A stretch of DNA of 64,000 bases from an uncultured Candidatus Saccharibacteria bacterium (GCA_965230955.1 OZ246404.1:582410-646409); one strand, 5' to 3'. Positions 28,974-39,603 are shown, counted from the first letter of the stretch. The notes: a model not told the origin generated them from the letters alone. Made by a program: numbers and translations.

Positions 28974-29858
28974 TCAGCGTAATTTTCGGCGCCTTTCCGC
29001 CGGAAAAACCTCACCGCGCCATCTCTTCAGCTCCTCCAAGTAATCTGAACTGGCACCGCGCGCTTCCGACAAAGAAAAAACTTCCGCCCAAGCCTTGTTT
29101 ATATATAAAAGCTCGGCCTCGCTTAAAACCCGGGCCTTTTCATTTTCCAAAAAAGACAACAACTCATTCGAGGCATCTGCGTTTGATTCTGGATTATTTT
29201 GGGGATGTATTTCTTGCCGCAGTTCATAATTTGTGGTAGCTCGGCGATATAGCTTAATCTTTTCAAATTGACCGGAACGTTCAATCGCCAAAATGCTATC
29301 CCCAAAAGACTGACTAGCCTCACGGTGCATATCCGGCTTGGTGAAACGCGCCACCCCGATCAATTTTTTTTGGAGTTCATATCTTAAAAAAATATCCGCC
29401 AAACTTACTTCAGGGGCTGTTAAAATAACATGGGCTGTCACGCCATATTCCTTTCGGTTCAGGAACGACGCTGTTCCGATTGGTACCTCTGGACGACGCA
29501 TTGTTCCTTCGATAATCATATCACCATGTTGCTCGGCAATTTTTTTGATGCAGCGCTCTACCCAAAAATTAACATCAGACTGAGTTAGATCGGCCGCATC
29601 TCTTTCATTACTCTCGAGAAATTGAGAATAAAATGGGTGATACCCTCTCAAATCGTCGGCATTAACCACCGAGGCCGGCCGGTCAGACAAAGTACTTTGC
29701 AACACCCTGATAAAATGACTCTTACCGGCGCCAGGCTGTCCTCCTAAAATATGAGCCTGGGGTTGATCTTGTCGAATTAGACCATATTCAAATCGGGGCC
29801 AAATTAAATCAGAAAATATTTCGTCTCTTTCTCGGACAGATAAAATATTTTTATCCAT
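28974..29858 (-). CDS. Zeta toxin family P-loop kinase
   Basis: GGQPGAGKS, NADDLRGYHP, IEGTMR. Confidence 0.88.
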   Translation of the reverse strand: MDKNILSVRERDEIFSDLIWPRFEYGLIRQDQPQAHILGGQPGAGKSHFIRVLQSTLSDRPASVVNADDLRGYHPFYSQFLESNERDAADLTQSDVNFWVERCIKKIAEQHGDMIIEGTMRRPEVPIGTASFLNRKEYGVTAHVILTAPEVSLADIFLRYELQKKLIGVARFTKPDMHREASQSFGDSILAIERSGQFEKIKLYRRATTNYELRQEIHPQNNPESNADASNELLSFLENEKARVLSEAELLYINKAWAEVFSLSEARGASSDYLEELKRWRGEVFPAERRRKLR

Positions 29859-29868
29859 TCATGAAAAT

Positions 29869-30102
29869 TTATTTCCTGTTCACTATGCGCACAATCTCGT
29901 CAAAATCCTCGTCAGTTATCGCCGCCTTATGATAAAAATCATCCAGAGATTCCTCCAATTTTCGCAATTCAGCTTCTTGTTGGGTAATAAATAACTGCCG
30001 AGGATGTTTTTCTCTTTTTTCGTGATGAATATTAAAACTCACTAGGGATTTGGCCCTGGCAATTAGACCGATAATTACTTCCGACTTCATTAACTGATCC
30101 AT
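29869..30102 (-). CDS. Small helical protein, candidate antitoxin
   Basis: 77 aa, immediately upstream of zeta; acidic C-terminus. Confidence 0.55.
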   Translation of the reverse strand: MDQLMKSEVIIGLIARAKSLVSFNIHHEKREKHPRQLFITQQEAELRKLEESLDDFYHKAAITDEDFDEIVRIVNRK

Positions 30103-30214
30103 AATTTTGCGATTTCAGGCTGGAATTTTGTAATGTATATATCTTAACTACTAAATACCTGATCAGCCCGGTTTCAGAAGCTCGATAAGCCCCCAGCCTT
30201 ATTTTGATAAGAAA

Positions 30215-30478
30215 CTAGCTGAAATTATATTTCTTCTTGATCGCCTCGCTGATTTTCCAGGTGCAATCAAGTCCCTGCGGGAAAACCACCCGGTCACCGG
30301 CACCGAAACTAACCGTTTGCCCGTCCGCCGTCTTGACCGAAGCCCGGCCGGACAATATATGGCAAGTTTCCGTCTGGTCATAGTGATAAGGAAACTCTGA
30401 GGGTTCTTTACTCCACTCGGGCCAAGATTCAGCTAGCTTGATTTGATCGGGAGTGGGTTTTGAAATAATTATTGGCAT
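30215..30478 (-). CDS. Cupin (DUF861-like)
   Basis: ETCHILSG, FGAGDRVVFPQGLDCTW. Confidence 0.88.
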   Translation of the reverse strand: MPIIISKPTPDQIKLAESWPEWSKEPSEFPYHYDQTETCHILSGRASVKTADGQTVSFGAGDRVVFPQGLDCTWKISEAIKKKYNFS

Positions 30479-30485
30479 ATTTTTT

Positions 30486-31256
30486 CTAATACGAATAACT
30501 ATCTACGAGAGCCCCTGTTCCGGCTTTAAGATATGCGGTATCACCAGTGTTATTCCAAATAGCTTTGTCACTGCCAAAACTATAAGTTCCCGTATTTGTA
30601 TATACTCTTATCGATTTCCCCGCACCTAAATTTAAGGCTGGAAATGTAAATTTGTGCTTATCTTTATCTTCCAGAGTCCATCCACCCAAACTCTGAGCCA
30701 TTTTCCCATTATTTTTTATTTCAACATATTCATCGGACTCTTTACTACCACTTCCATTATAGAAAATATTTGTAATTATAACATTGGGAGCTATTCGATA
30801 AATGGTATCGTTCGAAGCCCCCTTCCCCAAACTGCGCATTATGCGAAACGCATCGGCCGGCCGATTTAGAAAGTATCTTCTAAGATTATCTGGATTGATA
30901 TACCACGCCTCGCCATGCGCCTGAACCTGAAGCAGTATTCGCCCAAGATATCTACGAGAGAAAGAGGTATCTCCAGATTGAGTGTCAGTCGGTATCCTCT
31001 TTAGTGAATCATTATTTATGCCTAACCCCAATAACCTCATGATCGCGAAAGCGTCATTCGGTCGCCCAAGATAGTACCTAAAACCATCAACCGGGTTTAT
31101 ATACCAAGCCTCACCATTACCCTGGACCTGCAACAATATGTATCCAGTAAGAGAATCAGAGGCGGGACCATCAGCTTTGGCAAAATTTACCCCTAATATC
31201 ATAGTTACTGCCATAATAACGCCAACTGCAAGAACCAAAAAAAAGTTCTTTTTCAT
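30486..31256 (-). CDS. Secreted protein with two GxILLQVQxxGEAWYINP repeats and a lamin-tail domain
   Basis: Duplicated repeat; DEYVEIKN...LGGWTLED...IWNNTGDTAYL. Confidence 0.82.
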   Translation of the reverse strand: MKKNFFLVLAVGVIMAVTMILGVNFAKADGPASDSLTGYILLQVQGNGEAWYINPVDGFRYYLGRPNDAFAIMRLLGLGINNDSLKRIPTDTQSGDTSFSRRYLGRILLQVQAHGEAWYINPDNLRRYFLNRPADAFRIMRSLGKGASNDTIYRIAPNVIITNIFYNGSGSKESDEYVEIKNNGKMAQSLGGWTLEDKDKHKFTFPALNLGAGKSIRVYTNTGTYSFGSDKAIWNNTGDTAYLKAGTGALVDSYSY

Positions 31257-31306
31257 ATTTTCCTAAAAATACAGGTGTGTCCTTAGAACACATCTGCTTT
31301 TAATCA

Positions 31307-32101
31307 TCATTCCGGTGCCACATGAATGACCCGACCGCTGCCGGCAATATTTTGGCGCACTTCCGGTATACCTTTGTATAAAACCTCGCCGCTCCCACTG
31401 ATTTTTACATCTAAGAGGCTTCTAACATCCAAAGCCACCCGCCCCGAGCCGCTGATATCCACCCGAGCTTCCTGGCTGATCAAATCCCGGGCGTGATACT
31501 CGCCCGAGCCGTCGATTTTGATCGACTGGCGCTCGGCCTGGCCGGTAAGCGAAAAACGTCCCGAGCCAAAAACTTCACTGGATATCTCCTTGACCCGGAG
31601 GCGCATCTCGGCTTGGGCGCTGCCCGAAATATTCAAATCCAATTTATCGAGCACCAATTCGGTATCCGGCGTATAAATTTGCGCGGAACCGGAAATTTTT
31701 ATTTGCTGCAAATCCTTGACCTGCAAATCAATCTCCAAATCGGACAAAGGCATAAATAGGATCCAAATCACCGGATCTTTTTGATTGATTTTAAGAACAC
31801 CATCCCGCACTTCGGTTTCCACATTGGCGATCATCTGGCTATCCCCTTTCAGAACCAATCTCTCCGTCTCGCCCTGTGTCACATTGATTTTAGCCGAACC
31901 GCTATAATCCAATTTACTGAAATCACCGACACCGCGCTCTTCTTCGACAATCTCCGACTCGCCCCGCAAATAACGATAACTCCCGTAGACAGCCGTAATC
32001 GCCACCACCGAAAGAATGATCGCGATCACGCTCAAGGTCATGGCCGCAGTAGTTTTGCCGGAAGAGACCGGCTGGTCGTTGGTATTATTGTTTGTTTCCA
32101 T
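31307..32101 (-). CDS. Head GIN domain (DUF2807-like) protein
   Basis: Repeated ISGSG/SGSA beta-solenoid units. Confidence 0.85.
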   Translation of the reverse strand: METNNNTNDQPVSSGKTTAAMTLSVIAIILSVVAITAVYGSYRYLRGESEIVEEERGVGDFSKLDYSGSAKINVTQGETERLVLKGDSQMIANVETEVRDGVLKINQKDPVIWILFMPLSDLEIDLQVKDLQQIKISGSAQIYTPDTELVLDKLDLNISGSAQAEMRLRVKEISSEVFGSGRFSLTGQAERQSIKIDGSGEYHARDLISQEARVDISGSGRVALDVRSLLDVKISGSGEVLYKGIPEVRQNIAGSGRVIHVAPE

Positions 32102-32211
32102 TTTGGAGATTTAATGATTACTACTATATTCTAGACAAAAATCAAATTCCCGTCAAAAAAACGGGGCTTATCATAAGCACCCGCACGTTCAGTCAAAGTA
32201 CCAACTCTGGA

Positions 32212-33123
32212 TCAATCAAGTTTACCGGCCGGACTAAATTCAGTCGGTAAAGGCGCATCCATTTTCAAAATCTTGCCTGTTCGCGGATGCTTGAACTCCA
32301 AAGATAAAGCGTGAAGCATTAGACGAGAAGCACCTTTCTTACGGCCATAGCGATCATCGCCCACTATCGGAAACCCGAGCTTGGCCAATTGCGCCCGCAA
32401 TTGATGCTTGCGCCCGGTATGGGGAAACATTTGCAACAGCGCCGTTTTCACTCCCCGGTTTTTGACCAATACCTTTGTCTCGGCCATGACTCCGCCGGGT
32501 ACTTTTTGGTCGGCCGGATGAACGATCACACGACCGCCCTGAAATTCAAAGATATTTTGCAATACTTTTTCATCCCATGACGGCACACCTTGAACTACCG
32601 CCCAATATTCCTTGGTTACTCCACGCTGTTGAAATTGTTCCGCCAGATCGTGAGCGATATCACGCCTCTTAGCGATAACCATAACACCGGAAGTCCCTTT
32701 ATCCAAACGATGAACCAACGCCGGCTGAGCAAAAGGATCGGCGGATGGATACGCCTGCAACATAGCGTCAATGACCGAACGGCTGCCAACCTGGCCCGAT
32801 TGCACCGCTATTCCCGCCGGCTTGTTTATGACGATCAAATCATCGTCCTCGTATAGTATCGGCCAGGGAATAGCCCGCGTTTCCCCCGGACAAACTTCTG
32901 TTCTTTTGATACCAATTTGAATTTCTTGCGGTTCCCAAATCTCGATTACATCTCCGGCTTTGATCTTAGTCGTGCCGACGGTCGACACACGGCCATTCAG
33001 CTTTATTTTTCTCTTACGGATTAATTTCAAAATCAACGTTTTGGGAACGTCGGAATACCACTTAGATAAGCCGCGCTGCAATGTCAGTCCGGCGGCGGTT
33101 ACAGGCACAACTATTTTTTTCAT
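32212..33123 (-). CDS. RluA family pseudouridine synthase
   Basis: INKPAG, VHRLDKGTSG, TGRKHQLRAQ, PIVGDDRYG. Confidence 0.93.
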   Translation of the reverse strand: MKKIVVPVTAAGLTLQRGLSKWYSDVPKTLILKLIRKRKIKLNGRVSTVGTTKIKAGDVIEIWEPQEIQIGIKRTEVCPGETRAIPWPILYEDDDLIVINKPAGIAVQSGQVGSRSVIDAMLQAYPSADPFAQPALVHRLDKGTSGVMVIAKRRDIAHDLAEQFQQRGVTKEYWAVVQGVPSWDEKVLQNIFEFQGGRVIVHPADQKVPGGVMAETKVLVKNRGVKTALLQMFPHTGRKHQLRAQLAKLGFPIVGDDRYGRKKGASRLMLHALSLEFKHPRTGKILKMDAPLPTEFSPAGKLD

Positions 33124-33165
33124 ATAACTTATGCCTATTTTGACACCAAATACATTTTGTGGCAA

Positions 33166-33185
33166 CCTGCTTGCCGGTAGACAGG
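33166..33185. repeat. Short palindromic mini-element
   Basis: CCTGCTTGCCGGTAGACAGG, an imperfect version of CCTGCCTGCCGGCAGGCAGG. Confidence 0.5.
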
Positions 33186-33304
33186 GATATTATTGGACAC
33201 GGCACTGATATTATGTTATGTTGTTGTTGCCTGTTAATATCCTTTTAAACGAGTGAAAAAAAGGTCGTATTGACAGCTTTATTCAATCAGTGAGTACAAA
33301 TTCA

Positions 33305-33610
33305 ATGAACGCAAAACTTTATGTTGGCGGAGTCTCCTTCAGCTCGACAGACGATTCTCTGAAGCAATTCTTCGCTAGCGCCGGCACGGTGAAAGACGCT
33401 AAAATCATCACCGACCGAGAAACAGGCCGCTCTCGCGGATTCGGCTTCGTCGAAATGAGCACGGATGAAGAAGCCCAAAAAGCGATTGAGACCCTGAACG
33501 GTCAAGAGCTCGATGGCCGCAAACTGCGCATCGACATTGCCCGCCCGCAAGCCCCTCGTGGGGATCGCGGCGGCGACCGTGGTGGCCGCTTCGGTAATCG
33601 CGATCGTTAA
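33305..33610 (+). CDS. RRM RNA-binding protein
   Basis: KLYVGG (RNP2), RGFGFVEM (RNP1), RGG tail. Confidence 0.94.
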   Translation: MNAKLYVGGVSFSSTDDSLKQFFASAGTVKDAKIITDRETGRSRGFGFVEMSTDEEAQKAIETLNGQELDGRKLRIDIARPQAPRGDRGGDRGGRFGNRDR

Positions 33611-33629
33611 TTCTTTCGAGATATCCGAA

Positions 33630-33662
33630 AAAGCTCCGCCTGAGAAGACGGGGCTTTTGTTT
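33630..33662 (+). terminator. Intrinsic terminator
   Basis: AAAGCTCCGCCT...AGACGGGGCTTTTGTTTT. Confidence 0.6.
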
Positions 33663-33683
33663 TCAGCGAATATTTCTGAAATT

Positions 33684-34766
33684 TTATTCGTCAGATAACC
33701 TGAATTTATAGGCGGCAATGGTCAGCGCCACGGCGATCCAGCCGCAAACAATTATCATATTTCGCGGATCGGTGAAGGGTGAGCCGTTCTCAAGCGCGAT
33801 CGTTCGAACCATGCGCAAAAGAGGCGCCAGCGGCAAAAATTCCACCACCGAAAACAGCCAGCGCGGCAGCTGATCAATCGGGAAAAACACTCCGGCCAAG
33901 AACATCATCGGGATAGTAATGGCCGTCGCCATTCCCTGGGCGGCATCAGTGGTTTTGGAAAGCGCAGCGACCACAAATCCAATCGATTGGAACAGGACGG
34001 CGCCAAGCAGAGAAAAAGCATACAACAACCACAGTGGGCCGATAATATGGGCGCCAAAAACAAGAATCCCCACCAATAAAATAATCGTGATCTGAATAAC
34101 ATTCAGCACCAAGCGGGAAAAAACTTCCGACAACACAAAACGCCAAGACTTGAGCGGTGTCGTCGTCAATCGTTTGAGGATCTTATCTTCGCGATAATTG
34201 GCCAAGCTGATACCCACGCCCTGTACGGAAGAGTTCATCATGGACATACCGATCAAACCGACCAAGACAAAATCAAAATAAGTCAGGTCGTTGGTATTGG
34301 TTTTTTCTTCTTCGATGCCAAACAAAATCTGCGTCTGCTGAATTTCCAAGCTGACCTGGGTTAAAAATTTATCCACAAAACCAAGGACAACGCCGTTAGT
34401 CTGGACGTTGGCCGGATCATAAATTACTTTTACCTTGGTGGGCGAATCCGGTTGTCCCGACCCGAAGGCTTCCGGAATCTGGACAATCGCCGTAATCTGC
34501 CCTTTTTTCAGTAAATCTCTGGCTTCATCCACCGACAAATCTTTTTGTAATTTTAAAACATCGCTTTCTTCCATGGCGGTCTGTAAAGACTGCGCCACCG
34601 CCGAATCAGAGTCATTAATCATGGCAATCGTGCCGGAACTATCGCTGCCACTCCCGAAAAACGCGCCAAAAACAAAAGTAAAAGCCAAAGGGAAAACCAA
34701 ACCCCACACCAGCGATTGGCGGTTGCGAAACATCATTTTAAGATTGGCCCAGAAAAGTTCAAGCAT
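33684..34766 (-). CDS. ABC-2 permease
   Basis: YREDKILKRL, MMFLAGVFFP. Confidence 0.9.
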   Translation of the reverse strand: MLELFWANLKMMFRNRQSLVWGLVFPLAFTFVFGAFFGSGSDSSGTIAMINDSDSAVAQSLQTAMEESDVLKLQKDLSVDEARDLLKKGQITAIVQIPEAFGSGQPDSPTKVKVIYDPANVQTNGVVLGFVDKFLTQVSLEIQQTQILFGIEEEKTNTNDLTYFDFVLVGLIGMSMMNSSVQGVGISLANYREDKILKRLTTTPLKSWRFVLSEVFSRLVLNVIQITIILLVGILVFGAHIIGPLWLLYAFSLLGAVLFQSIGFVVAALSKTTDAAQGMATAITIPMMFLAGVFFPIDQLPRWLFSVVEFLPLAPLLRMVRTIALENGSPFTDPRNMIIVCGWIAVALTIAAYKFRLSDE

Positions 34767-34768
34767 GC

Positions 34769-35683
34769 TTATTCCTCAATACTCTTACCGGTAATTTCGA
34801 TAAATAAATCCTCTAACGTCGCCTGCCGGATAACCAGACTTTCCGGCTCCAATTTATGGATCCAGGGCAGGGCTTGATTCACTTTTTCCTGAGAAACCAA
34901 ACGGATTTCAAAATGCTTCTCTTTGCCGGCCACGGTACTGACTTGCCCCAATTGTTGCAATTCCCGCATTGACCCATCACCCAGCATTTTAGAAAAGAAA
35001 GTAATTTTGAAAGGATACTTAGTTCGCTTGACCAGTTGATGGGTTTCATCCATGGCAATGATTTTACCCTCGTCCATGATCGCCACCCGATCACAGAGAA
35101 TTTCCGCTTCATCCATATAATGCGTCGTCAAAACTATCGTCTTGCCTTTCAGCTTTATTTTTTCGATCAATTTCCAAAGATTGCGCCGAGCCAGCGGATC
35201 CAAGCCAGTAGTCGGCTCATCCAGAAAAACAATCTCCGGATCGTTGACCAGGCTGGCCACGATCGAAAAACGCTGTTTCTGGCCGCCGGATAATTTATTT
35301 ACGAAAACCCTCCGCTTGCTCTGTAGATTAACCATATCGAGCAATTCGGAAGCCGGCAGGCGCTGGGGATAAAAACCGCCGAAAAGATTCAGGATTTCTT
35401 CCAGGGTCAAGAAATTAAAATAGGCGGAAGATTGCAACTGCACGCCGACTTTTGATTTGATCGCATCAAGATCGCGACAGACATCGTGCCCGAGAACCTC
35501 GACGCGCCCGCCGTTTGGTTTTCGCAAGCCCTCAATAATTTCCATGGTCGTAGTCTTCCCCGCTCCATTTTCCCCGAGCAAGCCGAAAACTTCTCCGCGT
35601 TTAACGCTAAAAGACACGCCGTTGACGGCGGTTAATTTTTTGTATTTTTTTACCAAATTGTCGACTCGAATAACCTCATCCAT
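34769..35683 (-). CDS. ABC ATP-binding protein
   Basis: GENGAGKTT, LSGGQKQR, LDEPTTGLDP. Confidence 0.93.
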   Translation of the reverse strand: MDEVIRVDNLVKKYKKLTAVNGVSFSVKRGEVFGLLGENGAGKTTTMEIIEGLRKPNGGRVEVLGHDVCRDLDAIKSKVGVQLQSSAYFNFLTLEEILNLFGGFYPQRLPASELLDMVNLQSKRRVFVNKLSGGQKQRFSIVASLVNDPEIVFLDEPTTGLDPLARRNLWKLIEKIKLKGKTIVLTTHYMDEAEILCDRVAIMDEGKIIAMDETHQLVKRTKYPFKITFFSKMLGDGSMRELQQLGQVSTVAGKEKHFEIRLVSQEKVNQALPWIHKLEPESLVIRQATLEDLFIEITGKSIEE

Positions 35684-35755
35684 GATAAAGTACTTAAGCA
35701 ACAATAATCTACCAGATAAGCCAAAACTTGGCAACCCGGGACCGAAGCGCCAAAT

Positions 35756-36031
35756 CTATTCCTCATCGACTTCCTTTTTCCCCGCCGCTAATTCCGCGAC
35801 TTGTTCCGGATCGCGTTCCAGTAACAACGCCTGAAACTCGCCGATGTGAGTTTTTTCTTCTTTGGCAATATCCAGCAGCATCTCTTTTAATTTTGGATCC
35901 GTGGCGACTTCGGCCATTTGGAGATAAAGATTGACCGCATCCAGCTCGGCAATTAATCCCACCCTAGCGATTTCGGCATCTTTTTTCTCGGGCGGAACCT
36001 GGCTCAAGTCGACTGGTAATTGTGACATCAT
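35756..36031 (-). CDS. Short ferritin-like (EncFtn/rubrerythrin-like) protein
   Basis: IAELDAVNLY, IAKEEKTHIGEF. Confidence 0.85.
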   Translation of the reverse strand: MMSQLPVDLSQVPPEKKDAEIARVGLIAELDAVNLYLQMAEVATDPKLKEMLLDIAKEEKTHIGEFQALLLERDPEQVAELAAGKKEVDEE

Positions 36032-36036
36032 AAAAT

Positions 36037-38571
36037 TTATTTTATTTTCGGCTGACGATGAAGATTGAAAAATTTAAAGAGTTCAAACCATAAAACACTG
36101 ATCAAACCGGCGCCGGCACACACCAGTATATCCCAAATATTCAAAGCTTCAAAATAAAACAGCTTTTGCAACCACGGTACATAAATCACCAAGGCCAAAC
36201 AACCGACCGCCAAGGAAATGATCAACCACAGGAAACGATTCGGCATTTTCAAACTACTCAGAGCCGTGCGCGACCAAGACCGATTAATCATAATCAAACC
36301 CAGATTTCCCACGATCAGTGTGGTAAAAGTCAAGGCACGAATTTTACCCTCAGGCAAATTCAACAATTGAGCGCTGATAAAAACAGCCATGACAAAAAGG
36401 GAAACCACCAGCCCCTGAGAAAAACTGATAAGGCCGACCCGGCGGCTGAAAAGCGGCTGGCGCTGATCGCGGGGCGGCCGGCGCATCACGTCCAATTCAC
36501 CTCGTTCCGCCTCAAAAATCAGAGAACAGGCCGGATCGATTACCAGTTCCAAAAAAGCGATATGCACCGGGAAAAGAACCAGCGGCCAGTTAAAAAACAC
36601 CGGTAGTAACGACACGGCAATAATTGGAATGTGCACCGAAAAAATATACGCCATCGCTTTCTTGAGGTTGTCAAAAATTTTCCGTCCCAGCCTGACACCG
36701 GCCACAATCGACGTAAAATTATCGTCGAGCAGGATGATCGAGGCCGATTCCTTGGCCACATCTGTTCCCCGCTGTCCCATCGCTACCCCGATATGCGCTG
36801 ATTTTAGCGCCGGGGCATCATTCACTCCGTCACCGGTCATCGCCACAATTTCGCCGCCGGCTTTTAGGGCTTGAACTATTTTCCACTTTTGCTCCGGCAT
36901 GATCCTGGCAAAGACACTGATATTTTTTATTCTTTTTTGTAATTCAGGAACGGACATTTCACTCAAGGCCGGGCCGGTAATGACTGTTTGTGGATTTTGC
37001 AGGCCGATTTGGCCGGCAATATTAATGGCGGTTTGGGGATAATCACCGGTAATCATGACCACTCTGATACCGGCCCGATAGCATTCCTGCACGGCCGCCG
37101 GTACGTTTTCGCGGATCGGATCAGCCAAACCAATCAAACCGAGAAATTTAAAGGGAAAATCATGCTGCTGTTGGGGTAAAATTTCTTGGCTGAACGTCGC
37201 TTCCGCCACACCCAAAACGCGCAATCCCTGTCCGGCCATATTTTCAACGGCAAGCATCGCCTTGTCCTTTTCCTCCGTACCCAAATGGCACAAATCGATG
37301 ATTGCTTCCGGCGATCCCTTCGCGGCAATCAAATATTGATCACGGCTCGTCGATTTCCAGACATGCGACACCGACAGCAAGCTCCTGGAGAGCGGATATT
37401 GTTTGACGAGAGTCTCACCGTTATGCCAATGATCGGTCTTGACCAGATGATGATGGCCAAAGTCCCTGATAGCTTTCTCTGTCGGATCATATGGCTTGGG
37501 CTGTCCGGCCAGAACGGCATATTCGGCCAACCGATGAAAATATTCCGGCAACTCCCCTCGATCTTCATGATACCGGCCAGCCGCATAAATTTTCGCGACC
37601 GCCATCTTGTTTTGCGTCACCGTTCCGGTTTTATCAACGGCCAAAACAGTCGTTTCTCCCAGCGACTCGATGGCGGAAATACGCCGAGTTAAAACCTGCT
37701 TTTTAGACAAACGCCAAGCGCCCAGCGCCAAAAAAACGGTCATCACTACCGGAAATTCTTCCGGCAGAACCGACATGCTCATGGCAATACCGCCAAGCAG
37801 AGCTCCGAGAAAATCTCCCCGAGTCAGCCAATAAACCAGCACAAACAGCAAGCAAAAACCGGCCCCGGCGATAGTAAAAGTGATTACCAATTTTCTGGTT
37901 TCCCGCTGTACCGGAGCGGTTTCCGACTTGATCGTCTTGACCGCCTGGCCAATTTTGCCTATTTCAGTCTCGATACCTATTTTCCGCACCAGCGCCCGAG
38001 CTTGTCCGGCCACCACCAAAGTACCGGAATAAACCCACTCCGGCTGAACTTCTTTTTTTTCATCGGCTCTGTGATCGGACCGTTTGTGGACAGGCAAAGA
38101 TTCGCCGGTCAGCAAAGATTCGTCGACGGTCAGATTGTCAGACGCAATAATTACCGAGTCGGCGGGAACTCGGTCACCCTCTTTAATTACAATCAAATCC
38201 CCGGGAACCAATTCTCGACCCGGTATCTGTCGCTCTACTCCATCGCGAACAACCGTGGCATGCGGCGCCGACAACTCGCGCAAAGCGGCCAGCGCTTTTT
38301 CTGTTTTTTTCTCTTGATAATAAGTAATCCAAATGACTACCGTCACAAATACTAGTAAAATCAGAGCTTCCGACAGAGAGCCCAAGGCCAAATAAAGCGC
38401 CCCGGCCGCTAACAGCAGTATAAACATCGGCTCGCGCAGCACTTCCAAAAATATTTTCCACCCCCGATTGGCTTTCTGCGACGGCAACTCATTCCAACCA
38501 AATTTACCCTGCAGTTCACGAGCCCGGGCCTCGGTCAATCCTTCTTTTTTTTCTATCGTCTCCTGGCTCAT
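36037..38571 (-). CDS. Cation-translocating P-type ATPase (P2-like)
   Basis: LTGES, PEEFP, DKTGT, MITGD, GDGVNDAPAL. Confidence 0.95.
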   Translation of the reverse strand: MSQETIEKKEGLTEARARELQGKFGWNELPSQKANRGWKIFLEVLREPMFILLLAAGALYLALGSLSEALILLVFVTVVIWITYYQEKKTEKALAALRELSAPHATVVRDGVERQIPGRELVPGDLIVIKEGDRVPADSVIIASDNLTVDESLLTGESLPVHKRSDHRADEKKEVQPEWVYSGTLVVAGQARALVRKIGIETEIGKIGQAVKTIKSETAPVQRETRKLVITFTIAGAGFCLLFVLVYWLTRGDFLGALLGGIAMSMSVLPEEFPVVMTVFLALGAWRLSKKQVLTRRISAIESLGETTVLAVDKTGTVTQNKMAVAKIYAAGRYHEDRGELPEYFHRLAEYAVLAGQPKPYDPTEKAIRDFGHHHLVKTDHWHNGETLVKQYPLSRSLLSVSHVWKSTSRDQYLIAAKGSPEAIIDLCHLGTEEKDKAMLAVENMAGQGLRVLGVAEATFSQEILPQQQHDFPFKFLGLIGLADPIRENVPAAVQECYRAGIRVVMITGDYPQTAINIAGQIGLQNPQTVITGPALSEMSVPELQKRIKNISVFARIMPEQKWKIVQALKAGGEIVAMTGDGVNDAPALKSAHIGVAMGQRGTDVAKESASIILLDDNFTSIVAGVRLGRKIFDNLKKAMAYIFSVHIPIIAVSLLPVFFNWPLVLFPVHIAFLELVIDPACSLIFEAERGELDVMRRPPRDQRQPLFSRRVGLISFSQGLVVSLFVMAVFISAQLLNLPEGKIRALTFTTLIVGNLGLIMINRSWSRTALSSLKMPNRFLWLIISLAVGCLALVIYVPWLQKLFYFEALNIWDILVCAGAGLISVLWFELFKFFNLHRQPKIK

Positions 38572-38583
38572 AGCCTGATTTAC

Positions 38584-39498
38584 CTATTTTAGAGACTCGG
38601 AAATAATTTTGGCATTTTGGGTTAAGGTTTCGAGATAACCCTGCCCCTCTTGGCCCGCCCCCAGCGGATCCAACACCTGAACCCGGATGCCGAGATCGGT
38701 CAAAAAAGCATCCAAGGCGGCAGTCGATAACTGCGGTTCACTGAAAATAGTTTTGACCTGGTAGCGCCGGACGGTTTCTTGCAATTCTTTCAGATACTGC
38801 GGCGTCGGTTCTTTGCCGGCCGATGGTTCAAAAGTGGCCGCGACTACCAAGTCCATTTCGGCCGCAAAATACTCCCAGGCGTCATGGAATGTTATAATTT
38901 TATCAGTTTTTATGCCGGCAAATTCTTGGCGGCTGGCTTCCTTGGCCAGCATCGCCTCTTGATTAAATTTTTCTAAGTTGGCCGCGTAGAATTCGGCGTT
39001 CGCCGGATCGATTGTTTGAAGTTTCGCTGTTATGTTGCGGGCTATTTGGCCGGCATTATCAAACGAGAGCCAGTAATGCGGATCATCCGGACCGGCCTCA
39101 TCGCTATCTTTATTGGCTCGTAGTGCGATACCATTATCCACCGTGACCAGTGTCGCCGGATCAGCCACCATTTCGCCGGCCCAATCATCCAAACCGTGGC
39201 CAATAGTGAAAACCGCCGCCGCTCCTTGTAATTTGGTCAATTCGGAAATGGTCGGTTCGAAAGTGTGTGGACTGGCCCCGGGAGGCAATAAAACCACGGC
39301 CGTAACTTTATCTCCGCCGATACTTTTGACAATCGATTGAAGCGGCGGGATCGAAACCGCCACTTTGACACCCGTATCAATCGGCGGTGATTGGAGCTGA
39401 GTCATTTTCGTCGGTGTCGAAGAACTGACCAAAAGCCACAAAGCGGCCAGGGTAATCGCCGTGACAACCAATATGAAGCTGAGCTGTGACCAGCGCAT
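38584..39498 (-). CDS. znuA: Zn/Mn ABC transporter substrate-binding protein
   Basis: SPHTFEP, DPHYWL, FHDAWEYF, LDPLG. Confidence 0.88.
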   Translation of the reverse strand: MRWSQLSFILVVTAITLAALWLLVSSSTPTKMTQLQSPPIDTGVKVAVSIPPLQSIVKSIGGDKVTAVVLLPPGASPHTFEPTISELTKLQGAAAVFTIGHGLDDWAGEMVADPATLVTVDNGIALRANKDSDEAGPDDPHYWLSFDNAGQIARNITAKLQTIDPANAEFYAANLEKFNQEAMLAKEASRQEFAGIKTDKIITFHDAWEYFAAEMDLVVAATFEPSAGKEPTPQYLKELQETVRRYQVKTIFSEPQLSTAALDAFLTDLGIRVQVLDPLGAGQEGQGYLETLTQNAKIISESLK

Positions 39499-39603
39499 AA
39501 TTTGAAAATTATTCGATAATAGCTAAATTATACCTGATTGTGAGCCAAAAACAAATGGCTGATCTTTTTAGACCAGCCACTCTCTACATTCTCCCTCCTC
39601 AAT

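Noticed and set aside
38584-39498. znuA lying 15 kb from znuBC as a novel arrangement
   Set aside because: Split ABC loci are common; low information
39583-39600. SD followed by an ATG-TAG minimal ORF on the minus strand before a terminator
   Set aside because: Single occurrence; could be chance or the stub of a deleted gene
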